A stretch of DNA of 47,327 nucleotides from an uncultured Candidatus Saccharibacteria bacterium (GCA_964404925.1 CAYOLW010000001.1:222665-269991), one strand, 5' to 3'; numbered from the stretch's first letter, positions 6,583 through 18,191 are shown. Translations and numbers: made by a program. Notes: generated by a model from the sequence alone, not told the origin.

Positions 6583-9500
6583 ATGAAAACATTAAATACA
6601 ACTGAGTTCAATGAAATTTCACTTAGACTTGCTTCTCCAGAGCAGATTAAAGAGTGGTCTTACGGTGAGGTGACCAAACCAGAAACTATCAACTATCGTA
6701 CTGGACGTTCAGAAAGAGGTGGATTGTTTGATGAAAAAATATTCGGTCCAGAAAAGGACTATGAATGTTACTGTGGTAAATACCGACGTATCCGATATAA
6801 GGATATTATCTGTGAAAAATGTGGAGTTGAGGTTACTCGTTCAATAGTACGTCGCGAAAGAATGGGACACATTGAATTAGCGACCCCGGTTGCTCATATT
6901 TGGTTTTTGCGTGGTGTGCCATCTCGTATGAGTATTCTCCTAAATATCTCAGTATCTGACCTTGAGAAGGTTATTTACTTTGCTGGTTACATCATCACAA
7001 AAGTTCATGAAGGTGAGAAAGAAAACATAATCAGTGAACTTGAAAAAGAATACAAGAATAAACTGAAGAATTCAGCTGATGATGAAACTCGCGAAAAGCT
7101 CAAGAACCTATTGTCTGTAACCAAGAAAGAAATTGCTGAAATATATGAAGGTAAGGTTTTGAATGAAATTTCATTTCACCACTATTCTTTGAAATACGGT
7201 ACTGCTTTTGAAGCAAGTATCGGTGCAGAAGCTATATATTCAATTTTCAAAAACTTAGACCTTAACAAGTTGAAATCTCACACTGAGACCATGCTTGAGA
7301 AAGCTGGAAGTGCTGAAAAAGAAAAGCTACAAAAGAGACTATCTTTGATCCGTTCAATGATTTATGCAGATATCCGACCTGAGTGGATGTTCTTGACTGT
7401 AATTCCAGTTATTCCTCCAGTTTTACGACCGATGGTGGCATTAGATGGTGGACGTCACGCTACTTCTGACTTGAACGATTTGTATCGTCGAGTTATAAAT
7501 AGAAATAATCGTTTAAGGAAACTACAGGAAATAAATGCTCCAGATGTAATCTTGCGTAACGAGAAGCGTATTATCCAGGAAGCTGTTGATGCATTGATTG
7601 ATAACTCAATTGCTAAACAAGGTGATTCAGCTGCAATGAGTCAGTCACAAAAGCGACCACTTAAGTCTCTGTCAGACAACCTAAAGAGTAAGCAAGGTTT
7701 ATTCCGAGCAAACCTTCTAGGTAAGCGTGTGGACTATTCAGGCCGATCTGTAATCGTAGTTGGTCCTAAATTAAAACTAAATCAATGTGGTTTGCCAAAA
7801 CACATGGCGCTTGAATTGTTCCGACCTTTCGTTATTTCAAAAATTCTTGAAGCTGAATTGGCATTCAACATCCGCGGAGCTAATAAACTCATTGAAGAAA
7901 GGACACCTGAAGTTTGGGCAATGCTTGAATCTGTGATTGAAGGTAAGTATGTTCTTCTAAACCGTGCTCCTACTTTGCACCGATTGGGTATCCAAGCTTT
8001 CAATCCAGTCCTAATTGAAGGAAATGCTATTCAGGTCCATCCGCTTGTTTGTCAGGCTTTCAACGCTGACTTCGACGGTGACCAGATGGCTGTTTACTTA
8101 CCTTTGTCTGAAGAAGCACAATGGGAAGCTCGTGAGTTAATGGCTTCTAATAAAAACTTGCTGAAGCCACAGTCTGGTGAACCGATTGCTAACCCAAGTA
8201 AAGACATGGTGCTGGGTGCATTCTGGATGACTAAATCAATGGATGGAGAAAAGGGAGAGGGTAAATATTTCTCAAGTCCTAATGCTGCTATATTGGCTTA
8301 TGAATACGGAGTTGTGTCCCTAAGAGCAAAAGTAAAAGTTCTTGCTACTAACAAACCTAAATATCGTAAATTTGGTGAAGGAATGTTTGAAACAACAGTT
8401 GGACGCTTACTATTCAACAGTATTTTGCCAGAAGATTTCCCATACGTTGGAGATGAAATAACTCAAGGAAAAGTTTCTTCTTTAGTTGACGATATGATTA
8501 CCCACTATGGTATTGATCGTACTCCAGCAGTACTTGATAGCATTAAAGAATTCGGCTATAAATATGCGACTGCATCTGGTACTACTTGGGGTATAGACAA
8601 CGTAAAGGTTCCTGAAGAGAAGAAAACAATCATCGAAGAAAGTCGCAAACAGGAAAATGCAATTCGTGGACAATGGGAAGATGGATTATTGTCTGATAAA
8701 GAAAAATATCAAAAAATTATTGAAGTTTGGACCAAGGCTAAGAAAGACATAGAAAAAGTTTTACCAGCAACCCTAGACAAGAAAGGTTCTTTGTATGATA
8801 TCTTCATTTCAAAGGCTCGAGGATCTATGGGGCAGTTAGTACAGATGGCTGGTATGAAGGGTCTTATTCAGAACAACCAAGGTAAAATTCTTGAATTCCC
8901 AATCATCCCATCATACAAAGAAGGTCTATCACCGATTGAATACTTCGTTACTACTCACGGTGCTCGTAAGGGTGCATCAGATACTGCTCTTAACACCGCT
9001 AAGGCTGGTTACTTGACCCGAAGACTTGTGGACGTTTCTCAAGACGTTGTTGTAACCGAAGAAGATTGTGGAACCAAAGAAGGCAAAATAGCTACACGAG
9101 ATAACGTTTCTGGTATAGAAATCCCTCTTGCTAAGAATGTCTATGGACGTGTGTTAAGCGCTGACCTAAAAGACAAAGAAGGCAAGGTTCTCTACAAGAA
9201 AGGTTTCTTGGTGACCAAAGAAGATGCACGGGATATTGAAGGACACGGCTTCCAAGAAGTGCTTGTACGTTCTCCTCTAACCTGTAAGACTGCTCACGGA
9301 ATATGCCGAATGTGTTACGGTCTTGATTTGGGACGTAGTAAATTAGTAGAACTAGGTGAAGCTGTTGGTATTATCTCAGCTCAAGCTATCGGTGAACCTG
9401 GTACTCAGCTTACATTGCGTACTTTTCACGCTGGAGGTGTTGCAGGTACTGACATTACTACTGGTTTGCCACGTGTTGAAGAAATATTTGAAAAACGAAT

Positions 9501-10215
9501 TCCTAAAAATCCCGCTACTGTCTCCCACACTGATGGTGTTGTTGTAGAAGTAGGACAAAAAGAAAATCAGGAAAAACTTATTAAGGTTTTGGCTGAATCA
9601 AAAGAAGATGGTAAGAAAAACGAAATTGAATACCTTGTTCCTCATATGCGTATTCCAAATGTAAAGGTTGGAGATAATGTAAAGAAAGGCCAACTGATGA
9701 CTGATGGATCTGCTGATATTGCTGAGATCTTCAAATACGGAGGAAAAGACCTTGCTGAAGAGTACATAATAGATGAAATCAATAAAGTGTATGAATTACA
9801 AAGTGCTTCAATTTCTAGAAAACACATCGAAATTATTATCCGTCAGATGTTATCTAGGCGTAAAATAAAGGACGCAGGTGAGACTAATTTCTCTCAAGGA
9901 GATATCGTTGAAAACACTGCCCTTGTTGAAGAAAATGCTAGAATAGAAGGACTAGGTGGAGTTCCGGCTAAAGCAGACATTATTGCATTGGGAATCACCG
10001 AGGTTTCGTTGCGTACTAAGAGTTGGCTATCAGCTGCATCTTTCCAAAACACCAACCGAGTTTTGATTGAAAACGCAGTTCGTGGTGGCACAGACACTCT
10101 ACGTGGTCTAAAAGAAAACGTTATTATTGGACGACTTATTCCAGCCGGTACAGGATTTAAAAATAAGATGGAGGTAGCAGAAGAATCAATAGTTGATACT
10201 TCAGTTGAAGCATAA
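6583..10215 (+). CDS. rpoC: DNA-directed RNA polymerase subunit beta'
   Basis: It has the Zn-finger [23 protein letters not shown], the [11 protein letters not shown] catalytic motif, and sits immediately after rpoB. Confidence 0.98.
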   Translation: MKTLNTTEFNEISLRLASPEQIKEWSYGEVTKPETINYRTGRSERGGLFDEKIFGPEKDYECYCGKYRRIRYKDIICEKCGVEVTRSIVRRERMGHIELATPVAHIWFLRGVPSRMSILLNISVSDLEKVIYFAGYIITKVHEGEKENIISELEKEYKNKLKNSADDETREKLKNLLSVTKKEIAEIYEGKVLNEISFHHYSLKYGTAFEASIGAEAIYSIFKNLDLNKLKSHTETMLEKAGSAEKEKLQKRLSLIRSMIYADIRPEWMFLTVIPVIPPVLRPMVALDGGRHATSDLNDLYRRVINRNNRLRKLQEINAPDVILRNEKRIIQEAVDALIDNSIAKQGDSAAMSQSQKRPLKSLSDNLKSKQGLFRANLLGKRVDYSGRSVIVVGPKLKLNQCGLPKHMALELFRPFVISKILEAELAFNIRGANKLIEERTPEVWAMLESVIEGKYVLLNRAPTLHRLGIQAFNPVLIEGNAIQVHPLVCQAFNADFDGDQMAVYLPLSEEAQWEARELMASNKNLLKPQSGEPIANPSKDMVLGAFWMTKSMDGEKGEGKYFSSPNAAILAYEYGVVSLRAKVKVLATNKPKYRKFGEGMFETTVGRLLFNSILPEDFPYVGDEITQGKVSSLVDDMITHYGIDRTPAVLDSIKEFGYKYATASGTTWGIDNVKVPEEKKTIIEESRKQENAIRGQWEDGLLSDKEKYQKIIEVWTKAKKDIEKVLPATLDKKGSLYDIFISKARGSMGQLVQMAGMKGLIQNNQGKILEFPIIPSYKEGLSPIEYFVTTHGARKGASDTALNTAKAGYLTRRLVDVSQDVVVTEEDCGTKEGKIATRDNVSGIEIPLAKNVYGRVLSADLKDKEGKVLYKKGFLVTKEDARDIEGHGFQEVLVRSPLTCKTAHGICRMCYGLDLGRSKLVELGEAVGIISAQAIGEPGTQLTLRTFHAGGVAGTDITTGLPRVEEIFEKRIPKNPATVSHTDGVVVEVGQKENQEKLIKVLAESKEDGKKNEIEYLVPHMRIPNVKVGDNVKKGQLMTDGSADIAEIFKYGGKDLAEEYIIDEINKVYELQSASISRKHIEIIIRQMLSRRKIKDAGETNFSQGDIVENTALVEENARIEGLGGVPAKADIIALGITEVSLRTKSWLSAASFQNTNRVLIENAVRGGTDTLRGLKENVIIGRLIPAGTGFKNKMEVAEESIVDTSVEA

Positions 10216-10219
10216 ATAA

Positions 10220-11986
10220 ATGTTAAACTCTCCTGTCGCTAAAATAAAGGAGAGACTTGGGATAGAAGAAGTAGTCTCTTCTTATATAAAACTAGAGAGA
10301 GCTGGCACAAATTTAAAGGCCAGGTGTCCTTTTCATAACGAAAAGACACCATCCTTTTTCTTGTCGCCAGAACGTGGTACATATTATTGTTTTGGCTGTG
10401 GGGCTAAAGGAGATATATTTGCTTTCGTGGAAGAGTTTGAAGGATTGGACTTTAAAGGCGCGCTCCGCATGTTGGCGGAGCGCGCCGGAGTCTCCTTGCA
10501 TGAATTAACAGAAAAAGATTCTGAAAATATTTCTGAAAAAGATAGACTCTATTCAGTTATGGAATCCGCTACTGTATTCTTTGAGAAGAATTTAAATTTA
10601 AACAAGGAGGCTCAATCCTATCTGAAGCAAAGGGGACTAGAAGACGGAACCATGCGTGCTTTCCGTTTAGGGTATGCTGATTCAAATTGGCATGATTTAT
10701 CTAATTTTCTACTAAGTAAAGGATTTACAGAACATGAAATTGAAAAAGCTGGTCTTAATAAAAGAGCAGAGAAAAGAGGTGGTGGTGAGGTTGTTTACGA
10801 TCGTTTTCGAGGAAGGATTATGTTTCCTTTAATGGATTCAAGCGGCAGGGTGATAGCTTTTTCTGGAAGATTATTTCCTGATTTACCAGAAGCAGCTAAA
10901 TATCTAAATTCTCCAGAAACGCCAATTTTTAAAAAATCCTCAGTCTTGTATGGTTTAGATAAAGCAAAACTAGCAATCCGTAAACACAATTTTTCTATTA
11001 TGGTTGAAGGTCAAATGGATCTACTTTTATCTCATCAGGCAGGAATGACTAATACTGTTGCTACTTCCGGTACTGCTTTTTCTGAAGAACTAGAAAGAGA
11101 AGAAGCTGTGTCTAATTTGGGTTTATTGCGTAGAATTTCCAGTAATGTTGTTTTTGCTTTTGATGGTGATAACGCTGGTATAAAGGCAATATTACGTGCT
11201 TCAAAGATTGCTTTATCTATTGGCATGGATGTAAAAGTAGCAGAATTACCTGAAGGGCAAGACCCAGCAGATATAATTGGGAAAAATGTCAAAGATGCTT
11301 GGAAGGCAATAATTCGTGAATGTGTGCCGTCGGTGGAATTTGTTTTAAATAAAATATTGGCTACAACAGATATTAATGACCGTAAACTAGGTAAAGAAAT
11401 AAAAGAAAAAGTTTTGCCCTACGTAGCCATACTGAGTAGTCACATGGACCAAGAGTTCTTTTTGCAAAAGATTAGTGGACGAACAGGATTATCGGTTGCA
11501 ACTTTAAAAGAAGATTTACTGAGCGTAGCCAAGACAATCCAAAACGAAAAAGAAACTATTGCAAGTATTGAAAAAGAGCAATTAGAGATTGTAAAAAAAG
11601 ATTATATCTTGAGGAGATTAATAGGTACTGTTTTCTGGCAATCCGGTATAGAATCAAAACTAATTGATAGTAAAGAATTGTTGAGAGAGATAGCCCAAGT
11701 ATTAAATACAAAAGTAGAAGTTCTGGAAGAAAAATATTCGCCAATGAAAGAAGACTTGATTTATGAGGCGGAAGTATTTTATAACGAAGGTATTGATTTA
11801 AATAAAGATATTAGAGAATTAGTTAGTAATTTAAAAGAGGAAAATTTAAAAGAAGAGCTTGCGCGTAAAATGCGCGAATTATATGAGGCCGAGGAGGCTG
11901 GGGACAATGAAAAGACCCAAGCAATTTTAAAAGAATGTCAGATTATTAATAATAAGATTCAAGATTTAAAAAATAGTCGAGCCTAA
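10220..11986 (+). CDS. dnaG: DNA primase
   Basis: It has the Zn-ribbon [30 protein letters not shown] and the TOPRIM block MVEGQMDLL...FDGDNAG. Confidence 0.93.
   Translation: MLNSPVAKIKERLGIEEVVSSYIKLERAGTNLKARCPFHNEKTPSFFLSPERGTYYCFGCGAKGDIFAFVEEFEGLDFKGALRMLAERAGVSLHELTEKDSENISEKDRLYSVMESATVFFEKNLNLNKEAQSYLKQRGLEDGTMRAFRLGYADSNWHDLSNFLLSKGFTEHEIEKAGLNKRAEKRGGGEVVYDRFRGRIMFPLMDSSGRVIAFSGRLFPDLPEAAKYLNSPETPIFKKSSVLYGLDKAKLAIRKHNFSIMVEGQMDLLLSHQAGMTNTVATSGTAFSEELEREEAVSNLGLLRRISSNVVFAFDGDNAGIKAILRASKIALSIGMDVKVAELPEGQDPADIIGKNVKDAWKAIIRECVPSVEFVLNKILATTDINDRKLGKEIKEKVLPYVAILSSHMDQEFFLQKISGRTGLSVATLKEDLLSVAKTIQNEKETIASIEKEQLEIVKKDYILRRLIGTVFWQSGIESKLIDSKELLREIAQVLNTKVEVLEEKYSPMKEDLIYEAEVFYNEGIDLNKDIRELVSNLKEENLKEELARKMRELYEAEEAGDNEKTQAILKECQIINNKIQDLKNSRA
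10457..10486. repeat. Perfect 12-bp GC-rich palindrome inside dnaG
   Basis: GGCGCGCTCCGC-ATGTTG-GCGGAGCGCGCC encodes ...[10 protein letters not shown]... using GC-rich codons that are atypical for this gene. Confidence 0.75.
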
Positions 11987-11990
11987 CAAT

Positions 11991-13274
11991 ATGAAAAAAA
12001 CAAAAAAGAATTTTAAAAAAGCAGTCAAGGTAGTTAAGAAGGTTGTTAAAAAAGTAAAACCGGTTAAGAAAGTTAAAACAAAACCAAAATCCAAGCCTGT
12101 AAAAAAGGTGATACCTGTTGCAAAGCCAATCAAGAAAGCTGTCCTGAAAAAAGAAAAACCAGCTAAGGTAAAAGCTGAAAAAGCAAAAAAGTTAACATCC
12201 GCTGAACGCAAAGGAGAAGATTTACGTATTAAGTCAGACGATTTAATAGAAAAGGGTAGGAAAAGAGGTTTCATTACTTATGATGAAATTTTAAAAACTT
12301 TCCCAGATATTGAGAATAATATTCTATTCTTAGATGAATTATATGAAAAGTTTGCTACTGCCGGTATTGATGTCCTTGAAGGAGGAAACTTATTAAATCT
12401 AGACAATGAGCTAAACAGTAAGGATTTATTGAAAGGTGCAGCCCATGACTCAATCCAAATGTATTTAAAGGAGATTGGTCAATATCCATTGATATATGCA
12501 GCAGAAGAGCGTGATTTAGCAAAGAGAATTGAGAAGGGTGATGAAGAGGCAAAAAATTTGCTAGCCCGAGCAAACTTACGTTTGGTTGTTTCAATCGCTA
12601 AAAAGTACGTAGGTAGGAGTGCTAATCTGTCATTACTTGATTTAATTCAAGAAGGAAACCTTGGTCTATTTAAAGCTGTAGAAAAATTTGATTGGACAAA
12701 AGGTTATAAATTCTCTACCTATGCGACTTGGTGGATTAGGCAATCCATTACCCGAGCATTAGCTGACCAGTCACGTACTATCCGTATTCCTGTGCATATG
12801 GTTGAGACTATTTCTAAATATAAACAAATTCACCGTAAATTATCCCAAGACCTTGGACGCGAGCCTCTAGCTGAAGAAATCGCTACAGAAATGGGTATAC
12901 CGGTTGAGAAAATTCATGTCATTGAAAACATTTCCCAGGAAACAATATCATTGGAACAACCAGTGGGAGACGATGATGATAAATCAACTCTGGAGAACTT
13001 TATATCCGATGACAAAATTTTACGTCCTGACCAAGAATCTTCACGCCGAATACTTTCTGATCAGATAAAAGAAGTATTAGATGAGTTAAACCCAAAAGAA
13101 AGGAAAATATTAGAAATGCGTTATGGTTTAACCGATGGTATCCAGCACACATTAGAAAGAGTAGGGGAAGAGTTTGGTGTCACCCGGGAACGCATTCGTC
13201 AGATTGAGGCCAAGGTTCATGAGAAGCTTCGAAATCACGAAAAGATTTCAAGATTGAAGAACTATTTCGACTAA
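11991..13274 (+). CDS. rpoD: RNA polymerase sigma-70 family primary sigma factor with a Lys-rich N-terminal extension
   Basis: It has regions 1.2-4 ([61 protein letters not shown]). The first ~70 aa are K/V/P/A low-complexity. Confidence 0.93.
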   Translation: MKKTKKNFKKAVKVVKKVVKKVKPVKKVKTKPKSKPVKKVIPVAKPIKKAVLKKEKPAKVKAEKAKKLTSAERKGEDLRIKSDDLIEKGRKRGFITYDEILKTFPDIENNILFLDELYEKFATAGIDVLEGGNLLNLDNELNSKDLLKGAAHDSIQMYLKEIGQYPLIYAAEERDLAKRIEKGDEEAKNLLARANLRLVVSIAKKYVGRSANLSLLDLIQEGNLGLFKAVEKFDWTKGYKFSTYATWWIRQSITRALADQSRTIRIPVHMVETISKYKQIHRKLSQDLGREPLAEEIATEMGIPVEKIHVIENISQETISLEQPVGDDDDKSTLENFISDDKILRPDQESSRRILSDQIKEVLDELNPKERKILEMRYGLTDGIQHTLERVGEEFGVTRERIRQIEAKVHEKLRNHEKISRLKNYFD

Positions 13275-13316
13275 TAAGGAGTATATATAAATTTATTTAT
13301 ATAATGTACCCAAAAT

Positions 13317-13341
13317 AAAAACCCCTTGAAAAGGGGTTTTT
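13317..13341. terminator. Bidirectional terminator between rpoD and the convergent DsbA-like gene
   Basis: AAAAA-CCCCTT-GAA-AAGGGG-TTTTT. Confidence 0.8.
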
Positions 13342-13361
13342 ATTTTGTAGCTGGAGTTGGT

Positions 13362-14108
13362 CTAATTTTGTAACAATCCGTCGACTAGAGTTGATAGCTG
13401 TTCAAATTGGAGTGCGCCGGGTACTAGTTGGACAAACTTACCATCCTTAAAGACAAAAGATGTCGGTGTGCCTTTGGCACCATTTTGACCTGCATCATTA
13501 ATACTTGCTTGAATAAGGTCAGAATACTTGTCGCTGTCTAAACAGTTTTTGAAATCATTAGTGTCTAAACCAATATCACTAGCAATCTTGTAAAGTTCGT
13601 TCGGGTCTAATAAATTGTTAGAATTTGTTCTGTTGTATAGTTCATTGGTATATCTCCAAAATGTATCATTACCACCTTGTTCTGCTGCACATTCAGTAGC
13701 TCGTGATTCACGAAAAGCTTTAGGATGTAGAGAAGCTATAGGGAAGTGCCTGTAAACCCATAGAACCTCGTCATTACTTGAGACTAATCGATGCATATCA
13801 GAATGGAATCTCTTGCAGAATGGGCATTCAGTATCTGAGTATTCTACAATTACAATTCTTCCTTTTGGATTGCCATATACATGGTCGGCAGCTGTTACTG
13901 GTGCGATGTTTGTTCCGCTACCAGCTGTGTCCATGGTTGTGCCTTGCCCCATGCTATTACTGACTACCCTTAATGTGTTTTCTGAATCATTAGTAGGTTC
14001 TGTGCCCTTAAGTAGAAATGTCCCTACTGCAGCGACTGCTACAATTATCACTGCACTTAATATGACACTATGGTTTGATTTTTTTATTATTTCCATGTTG
14101 TTTTCCAT
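13362..14108 (-). CDS. Membrane-anchored DsbA-family thiol:disulfide oxidoreductase
   Basis: It has an N-terminal TM helix and the CPFC active site in the context EYSDTECPFCKRFH (thioredoxin fold, DsbA-like). Confidence 0.8.
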   Translation of the reverse strand: MENNMEIIKKSNHSVILSAVIIVAVAAVGTFLLKGTEPTNDSENTLRVVSNSMGQGTTMDTAGSGTNIAPVTAADHVYGNPKGRIVIVEYSDTECPFCKRFHSDMHRLVSSNDEVLWVYRHFPIASLHPKAFRESRATECAAEQGGNDTFWRYTNELYNRTNSNNLLDPNELYKIASDIGLDTNDFKNCLDSDKYSDLIQASINDAGQNGAKGTPTSFVFKDGKFVQLVPGALQFEQLSTLVDGLLQN

Positions 14109-14226
14109 GATTATATCGTTAATTTTAATGTAATTATTATAACATTTATAGCCTAAGTCTTAGCTATTGACTGTTTTATAATTGGTTGTATTTTGGTGTA
14201 AAAAATGCTAATATGTAAAGCAGGTT

Positions 14227-15468
14227 ATGAATACCTTTTTCGATCTATTTTTCTATTTTTTATTGTTTCTGTCCCTGTACGTGCAGGTGTTTTTTTTAAT
14301 TACTTTTTTGGAAAACAGGCGAAAGATAGTTACTCGTACTGCTAAAATAGCCTTGGCTAATTATCCAAAAGTTACCATTACTGTTCCTTGCTGGAATGAG
14401 GAGTCTACTATTGAAAAAACAGTCCATTCGCTGCTCGGCCTTAATTATCCAAAAGATAAATTAGAAATATTCTTAGTTGATGATGGCTCACAGGATAATA
14501 CTTGGAACGTTTTACAAAAATTTACTTCATATTCAAATATAAAAGTTTTTCGAAAAGAAAATGGTGGCAAACACACCGCGCTTAATCTGGGTTTAGATAA
14601 CTCAACAGGAGAATACTTTGGCTGCCTGGACGCAGACTCGATAGCTGACCCAGAATCACTTATACGCATTATGTCTTATTTTGAGAAAGACCAAGCAACA
14701 ATGGCTGTGGCCCCTTCGATTATAGTTAATAATCCTAAAACTATAATCCAGAAAGCCCAGAAAGCTGAATACGATATGGCTGTTTATGTAAAAAAGATGC
14801 TAGCCTTTCTAGGCGCAATCCACGTGACGCCAGGGCCTCTGACCATTTTTAAAATACAGGTTTTTAAGGATTTAGGTCAGTATCGTAAAGCTCATAATAC
14901 AGAAGATATGGAGATTGCTTACCGGATGCAGACACATGGATACAAAATTGAGCAATGTAATGATGCTTATGTTTATACCAATACACCCCCTACTGTTAAA
15001 AAGCTGTACAAACAGCGTATCCGTTGGATTTACGGCTTTATTAATAATACGATAGATTATCGAAAGTTTTTATTTAAGAAAAAGTACGGGCACTTCTCAA
15101 CCTTTACTGTACCTTCTGGCATTATATCAATCATGGCAGCTACGTATGTATTGGTGCGGGTTGTGTCTAACTTGGTCTCAAGGGGATACGATCAATATTT
15201 AGTTTACCGTGCGGTTGGATTGCGTTGGCCAGAAGTTGGGTCTTTTGATCCATTTTTTATAAATACGAGTTCTTTACTTTTTATTAGTGTTGTATTGTAT
15301 AGCTTGATTTTCTTTGCTATTTGGAACGGCGGTGTAATTGCTCGTGACAATAAAGCTCTTTCTTGGAATGTGCTTTATTTCATGGTTATATACAGTGTTG
15401 TTGCCCCGTTCTGGTTGATGAAAGCAGTTTATAATACTATCGTATCCAAAAAGCCAGCTTGGCGTTAA
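14227..15468 (+). CDS. Processive family-2 glycosyltransferase (PgaC/cellulose-synthase-like), multi-TM
   Basis: Motifs VPCWNEE, DDGSQDNT, LDADS and QRIRW (QxxRW) are present, with hydrophobic N- and C-terminal segments. Confidence 0.8.
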   Translation: MNTFFDLFFYFLLFLSLYVQVFFLITFLENRRKIVTRTAKIALANYPKVTITVPCWNEESTIEKTVHSLLGLNYPKDKLEIFLVDDGSQDNTWNVLQKFTSYSNIKVFRKENGGKHTALNLGLDNSTGEYFGCLDADSIADPESLIRIMSYFEKDQATMAVAPSIIVNNPKTIIQKAQKAEYDMAVYVKKMLAFLGAIHVTPGPLTIFKIQVFKDLGQYRKAHNTEDMEIAYRMQTHGYKIEQCNDAYVYTNTPPTVKKLYKQRIRWIYGFINNTIDYRKFLFKKKYGHFSTFTVPSGIISIMAATYVLVRVVSNLVSRGYDQYLVYRAVGLRWPEVGSFDPFFINTSSLLFISVVLYSLIFFAIWNGGVIARDNKALSWNVLYFMVIYSVVAPFWLMKAVYNTIVSKKPAWR

Positions 15469-15471
15469 TTT

Positions 15472-16155
15472 ATGCAAAAACAAAATTTTAGTTTCAAAAA
15501 ATATATAGCAGTATTCTTTATAACTTTCTTACTATTTGTAACGGCAATTTATTTGAGTAATTTTTTCGGTGACAAGAAAGTAGCAGAATTACGGAATATC
15601 CAAGATAAAATATCTATGGACATACTTTCTTCTGAGACTCAGTATGCGTTACTTTCAGAGTTGTCTTGCAAGAATGTCACTAATTCAGTCCTATCTGATG
15701 AATTAAATAGCTTAGGTGCTAAACTTGAGTGGAGTGAAAACAACTTGGGCAATACTCAAGAAGTTGCTTATCTTAAAAAATACTACTCTTTACTTGAGAT
15801 TAAAGATTATTTATTAATGAAGAAAATTGCTGACAGGTGTAAACAGCATTATGCATTTATATTATATTTTTACACAAACGCTGAGAACTGCACTGAATGC
15901 AAAAGGGAAGGTGCTGTTTTATCAAGACTAAAAGAAGAGTACCCAGAACTACGAGTTTATTCTTTTGATTTCAGTACTGAGCTTTCAGCAGTTGAGACCA
16001 TGCTTAAAATATTCAAAATTGAGGACACTAAATTACCAGCTCTAGTATTGGATGATGAAGTGTTAACTGGTTTTCATTCCTTAGAAGAACTGCAAAATAA
16101 AATTGAGACTGAATTCAAACTAGAAAGTAAAGAAACATCTACCCAAGGGGAGTAG
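15472..16155 (+). CDS. Membrane-anchored thioredoxin-like (CxxC) protein, function unknown
   Basis: It has an N-terminal TM helix and a CTEC motif in a thioredoxin-like context (FYTNAENCTECKREG...). It starts 4 nt after the GT2 stop. Confidence 0.4.
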   Translation: MQKQNFSFKKYIAVFFITFLLFVTAIYLSNFFGDKKVAELRNIQDKISMDILSSETQYALLSELSCKNVTNSVLSDELNSLGAKLEWSENNLGNTQEVAYLKKYYSLLEIKDYLLMKKIADRCKQHYAFILYFYTNAENCTECKREGAVLSRLKEEYPELRVYSFDFSTELSAVETMLKIFKIEDTKLPALVLDDEVLTGFHSLEELQNKIETEFKLESKETSTQGE

Positions 16156-16168
16156 ATGTTTCTGAATG

Positions 16169-16241
16169 AGCCACCTCTCAGATTTGAACTGAGGACCTTC
16201 GCTTTACAAAAGCGTTGCTCTACCAACTGAGCTAAGGTGGC
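16169..16241 (-). tRNA. tRNA-Thr (UGU), no encoded CCA
   Basis: The reverse complement GCCACCUUAGCUCAGUUGGUAGAGCAACGCUUUUGUAAAGCGAAGGUCCUCAGUUCAAAUCUGAGAGGUGGCU folds as a cloverleaf. The anticodon loop is UUUGUAA. Confidence 0.9.
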
Positions 16242-16269
16242 GTATGTGTACTTTAACCTAAAAACGTTA

Positions 16270-16686
16270 TTAATTCAAGCCCTCTTCTTCCTTTATTTTA
16301 TCCTTTATTTTACGTATTCTGTCTTTATATTCCCCAACCTTTAGCAAGAATTTATTGGCTTCTCTGGATGCTTTGACCACCTTGCCTTGGGTCTTGAAGC
16401 CCAAAACCTTCTGCTTAATCCAAAACCAAAGTTTGCGAGAATACTTTTTAATAGCATGTACAGATACAACATAGATTCGGATTAGAATAATCAACGTGAC
16501 GTACCCATACCTTCTGCTTTTCTGCCTAATTAATTTTAGTACATGATCGAAATCCGGTACATCAATTACAAATTCAAAATTCTTTGGAATGTCGTAACTA
16601 CCTCCTCGCAAAGCAAAAATCTTTCGCCCGATTAAAAGCATTATTCCAAATAAAGAAGTAAGAAATAGTATTAAAAAAAAAGACAT
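16270..16686 (-). CDS. Hypothetical membrane protein
   Basis: It is an ORF with N-terminal and central hydrophobic helices, immediately downstream of tsf on the same strand. I recognise no motif. Confidence 0.4.
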   Translation of the reverse strand: MSFFLILFLTSLFGIMLLIGRKIFALRGGSYDIPKNFEFVIDVPDFDHVLKLIRQKSRRYGYVTLIILIRIYVVSVHAIKKYSRKLWFWIKQKVLGFKTQGKVVKASREANKFLLKVGEYKDRIRKIKDKIKEEEGLN

Positions 16687-16689
16687 TTA

Positions 16690-17463
16690 TTAAATAAAGT
16701 AAGTTTTCACTTCCTTGATTGATGCACTGTTTTTTGCAAGTAAGGCACCTACTGTCATGTCACCATCTTTAATGAAAAGTTGTTCAACGAGTGTCTTTTC
16801 TTTAAAGTAAGTGTTTATCTTGCCTTCAAGCATTTTCTGCTTTATCTCTGCTGGCTTGTCTATAGCAGCAACCTCCTTCTCAAAGATTTCTTGCATTACG
16901 GCTCTTGCTTTCTCGTCTATTTCTTCAGCTTTGATATACTCTGGTCGCATAGCAGCAACGTGCATAGCTATGTCTCTAGCTAGTTCTGTGCTTCCTCCAG
17001 CCAAAGAAACAATAACAGCTTTTTTACCGCTGTGTACATATGATCCTAATACTTCATTTTGTATTTCAAAACATTCACCCAACTCTATCTTTTCGCCAGT
17101 TTTCTGAATTATCGGATCAATCATATCTTTAGCTTCAGTTCTCATTGATTCAATTCCATTTTGGAATGCTTTTTCAACTAATGAATTTAACAGGTTGATG
17201 AAATCCTCGTTCTTGGATACGAAGTCAGTCTCGCAGTGTAAGGCAACCAAAATAGCCTTTGAACCCTCTATTTTAACAGCTACTGCACCATCTTTAGCAT
17301 CTCGGTCCATTTTCTTCTCAGCTAGAGCAGAGCTGTTTTTCTTTAGTATTGCTACAGCTTTTTCCATATCACCCATAGATTCTTCTAGGGCTTTACGACA
17401 TTGCATGACAGAAATACCAGTTTTATCACGCAATTCCTTCACTAACTCTGTTGTAATTTGCAT
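16690..17463 (-). CDS. tsf: Elongation factor Ts (short form)
   Basis: It has the UBA-like N-terminus ITTELVKELRDKTGISVMQCRKALEES and sits in the conserved rpsB-tsf order. Confidence 0.9.
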   Translation of the reverse strand: MQITTELVKELRDKTGISVMQCRKALEESMGDMEKAVAILKKNSSALAEKKMDRDAKDGAVAVKIEGSKAILVALHCETDFVSKNEDFINLLNSLVEKAFQNGIESMRTEAKDMIDPIIQKTGEKIELGECFEIQNEVLGSYVHSGKKAVIVSLAGGSTELARDIAMHVAAMRPEYIKAEEIDEKARAVMQEIFEKEVAAIDKPAEIKQKMLEGKINTYFKEKTLVEQLFIKDGDMTVGALLAKNSASIKEVKTYFI

Positions 17464-17474
17464 TTTGTTTAAAA

Positions 17475-18191
17475 TTATTTTTTAGACTCACTTTGACCAT
17501 TTTCATAGGCCTTGGTAAGTGTGGTTGTAAAGAATTTAATAGAAGGTATAGCGGCGTCATTACCCACGATAGGGTACTTAACTTCTTTGATGTTTGTGTC
17601 GGTGTTTACCAAAGATATAACTGCAACACCAGCGTTTCTGGCTTCAGTTACAGCGATGTGTTCAGCTTTAGCATCGATTACAAAAACAGCGTCAGGTGCC
17701 TTCTTAAGAGACAAGAGTCCTGAATAATATCGAGACATTTTCTCCATTTTCTTGGCTAGAACAACTCTTTCCTTTTTTGTATATTTAGACAGGTCACCTG
17801 AAGCACTATCTTTCTGATAGTTTTCAAGTTCGATAATTCTCTTTTTTATTTCAGTGAAATTGCTTAGAGTACCTCCAATCCATCGTTCAACTACGTAGGG
17901 CATATCAAGAGCTTCGGCCATTTTAACGATAGAGTCACGAGCCTCTGGTTTAGTACCAACCAAAAGAACAGTAGCTTTCTTAGAACCTAGGGTTTCAAAG
18001 AATTTTTCAGCCTTAAGCAGCATAGCTTCTGTCTTTTCAAGGTCTATGATGTCTGTTCTGTTTTTGGTTGTATAAATAAATGGTGCTACTGAAGGATGAC
18101 GTCTCGACTTGGTGAAGCCGTATTGAACTCCGGCCTCAAACATCTTCTCAATTAAATCACCACCTTCTTTCGTTTTTTCAGTTTTTTGCAT
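17475..18191 (-). CDS. rpsB: 30S ribosomal protein S2
   Basis: EAGVQYGFTKSRRHPS... is an S2 signature. The start is moved to the 4th codon of the track ORF (ATG at 18191-18189) because TGcTAGAAT lies 7 nt upstream of it. Confidence 0.9.
   Translation of the reverse strand: MQKTEKTKEGGDLIEKMFEAGVQYGFTKSRRHPSVAPFIYTTKNRTDIIDLEKTEAMLLKAEKFFETLGSKKATVLLVGTKPEARDSIVKMAEALDMPYVVERWIGGTLSNFTEIKKRIIELENYQKDSASGDLSKYTKKERVVLAKKMEKMSRYYSGLLSLKKAPDAVFVIDAKAEHIAVTEARNAGVAVISLVNTDTNIKEVKYPIVGNDAAIPSIKFFTTTLTKAYENGQSESKK

Noticed and set aside
4034-11744. Many 60-120-aa ORFs antisense to or out of frame with rpoB, rpoC and dnaG (for example 4034..4390-, 4143..4445+, 7782..8003-, 9356..9547+, 11035..11292-).
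   Set aside because: They are fully embedded in strongly conserved genes, have low-complexity or hydrophobic translations with no motifs, and lack promoter or start context.
11966-12274. ORF 11966..12274 (-), 102 aa.
   Set aside because: It is the antisense reading of the Lys-rich (AAR-rich) start of rpoD, which gives a Phe/Leu-rich artefact.
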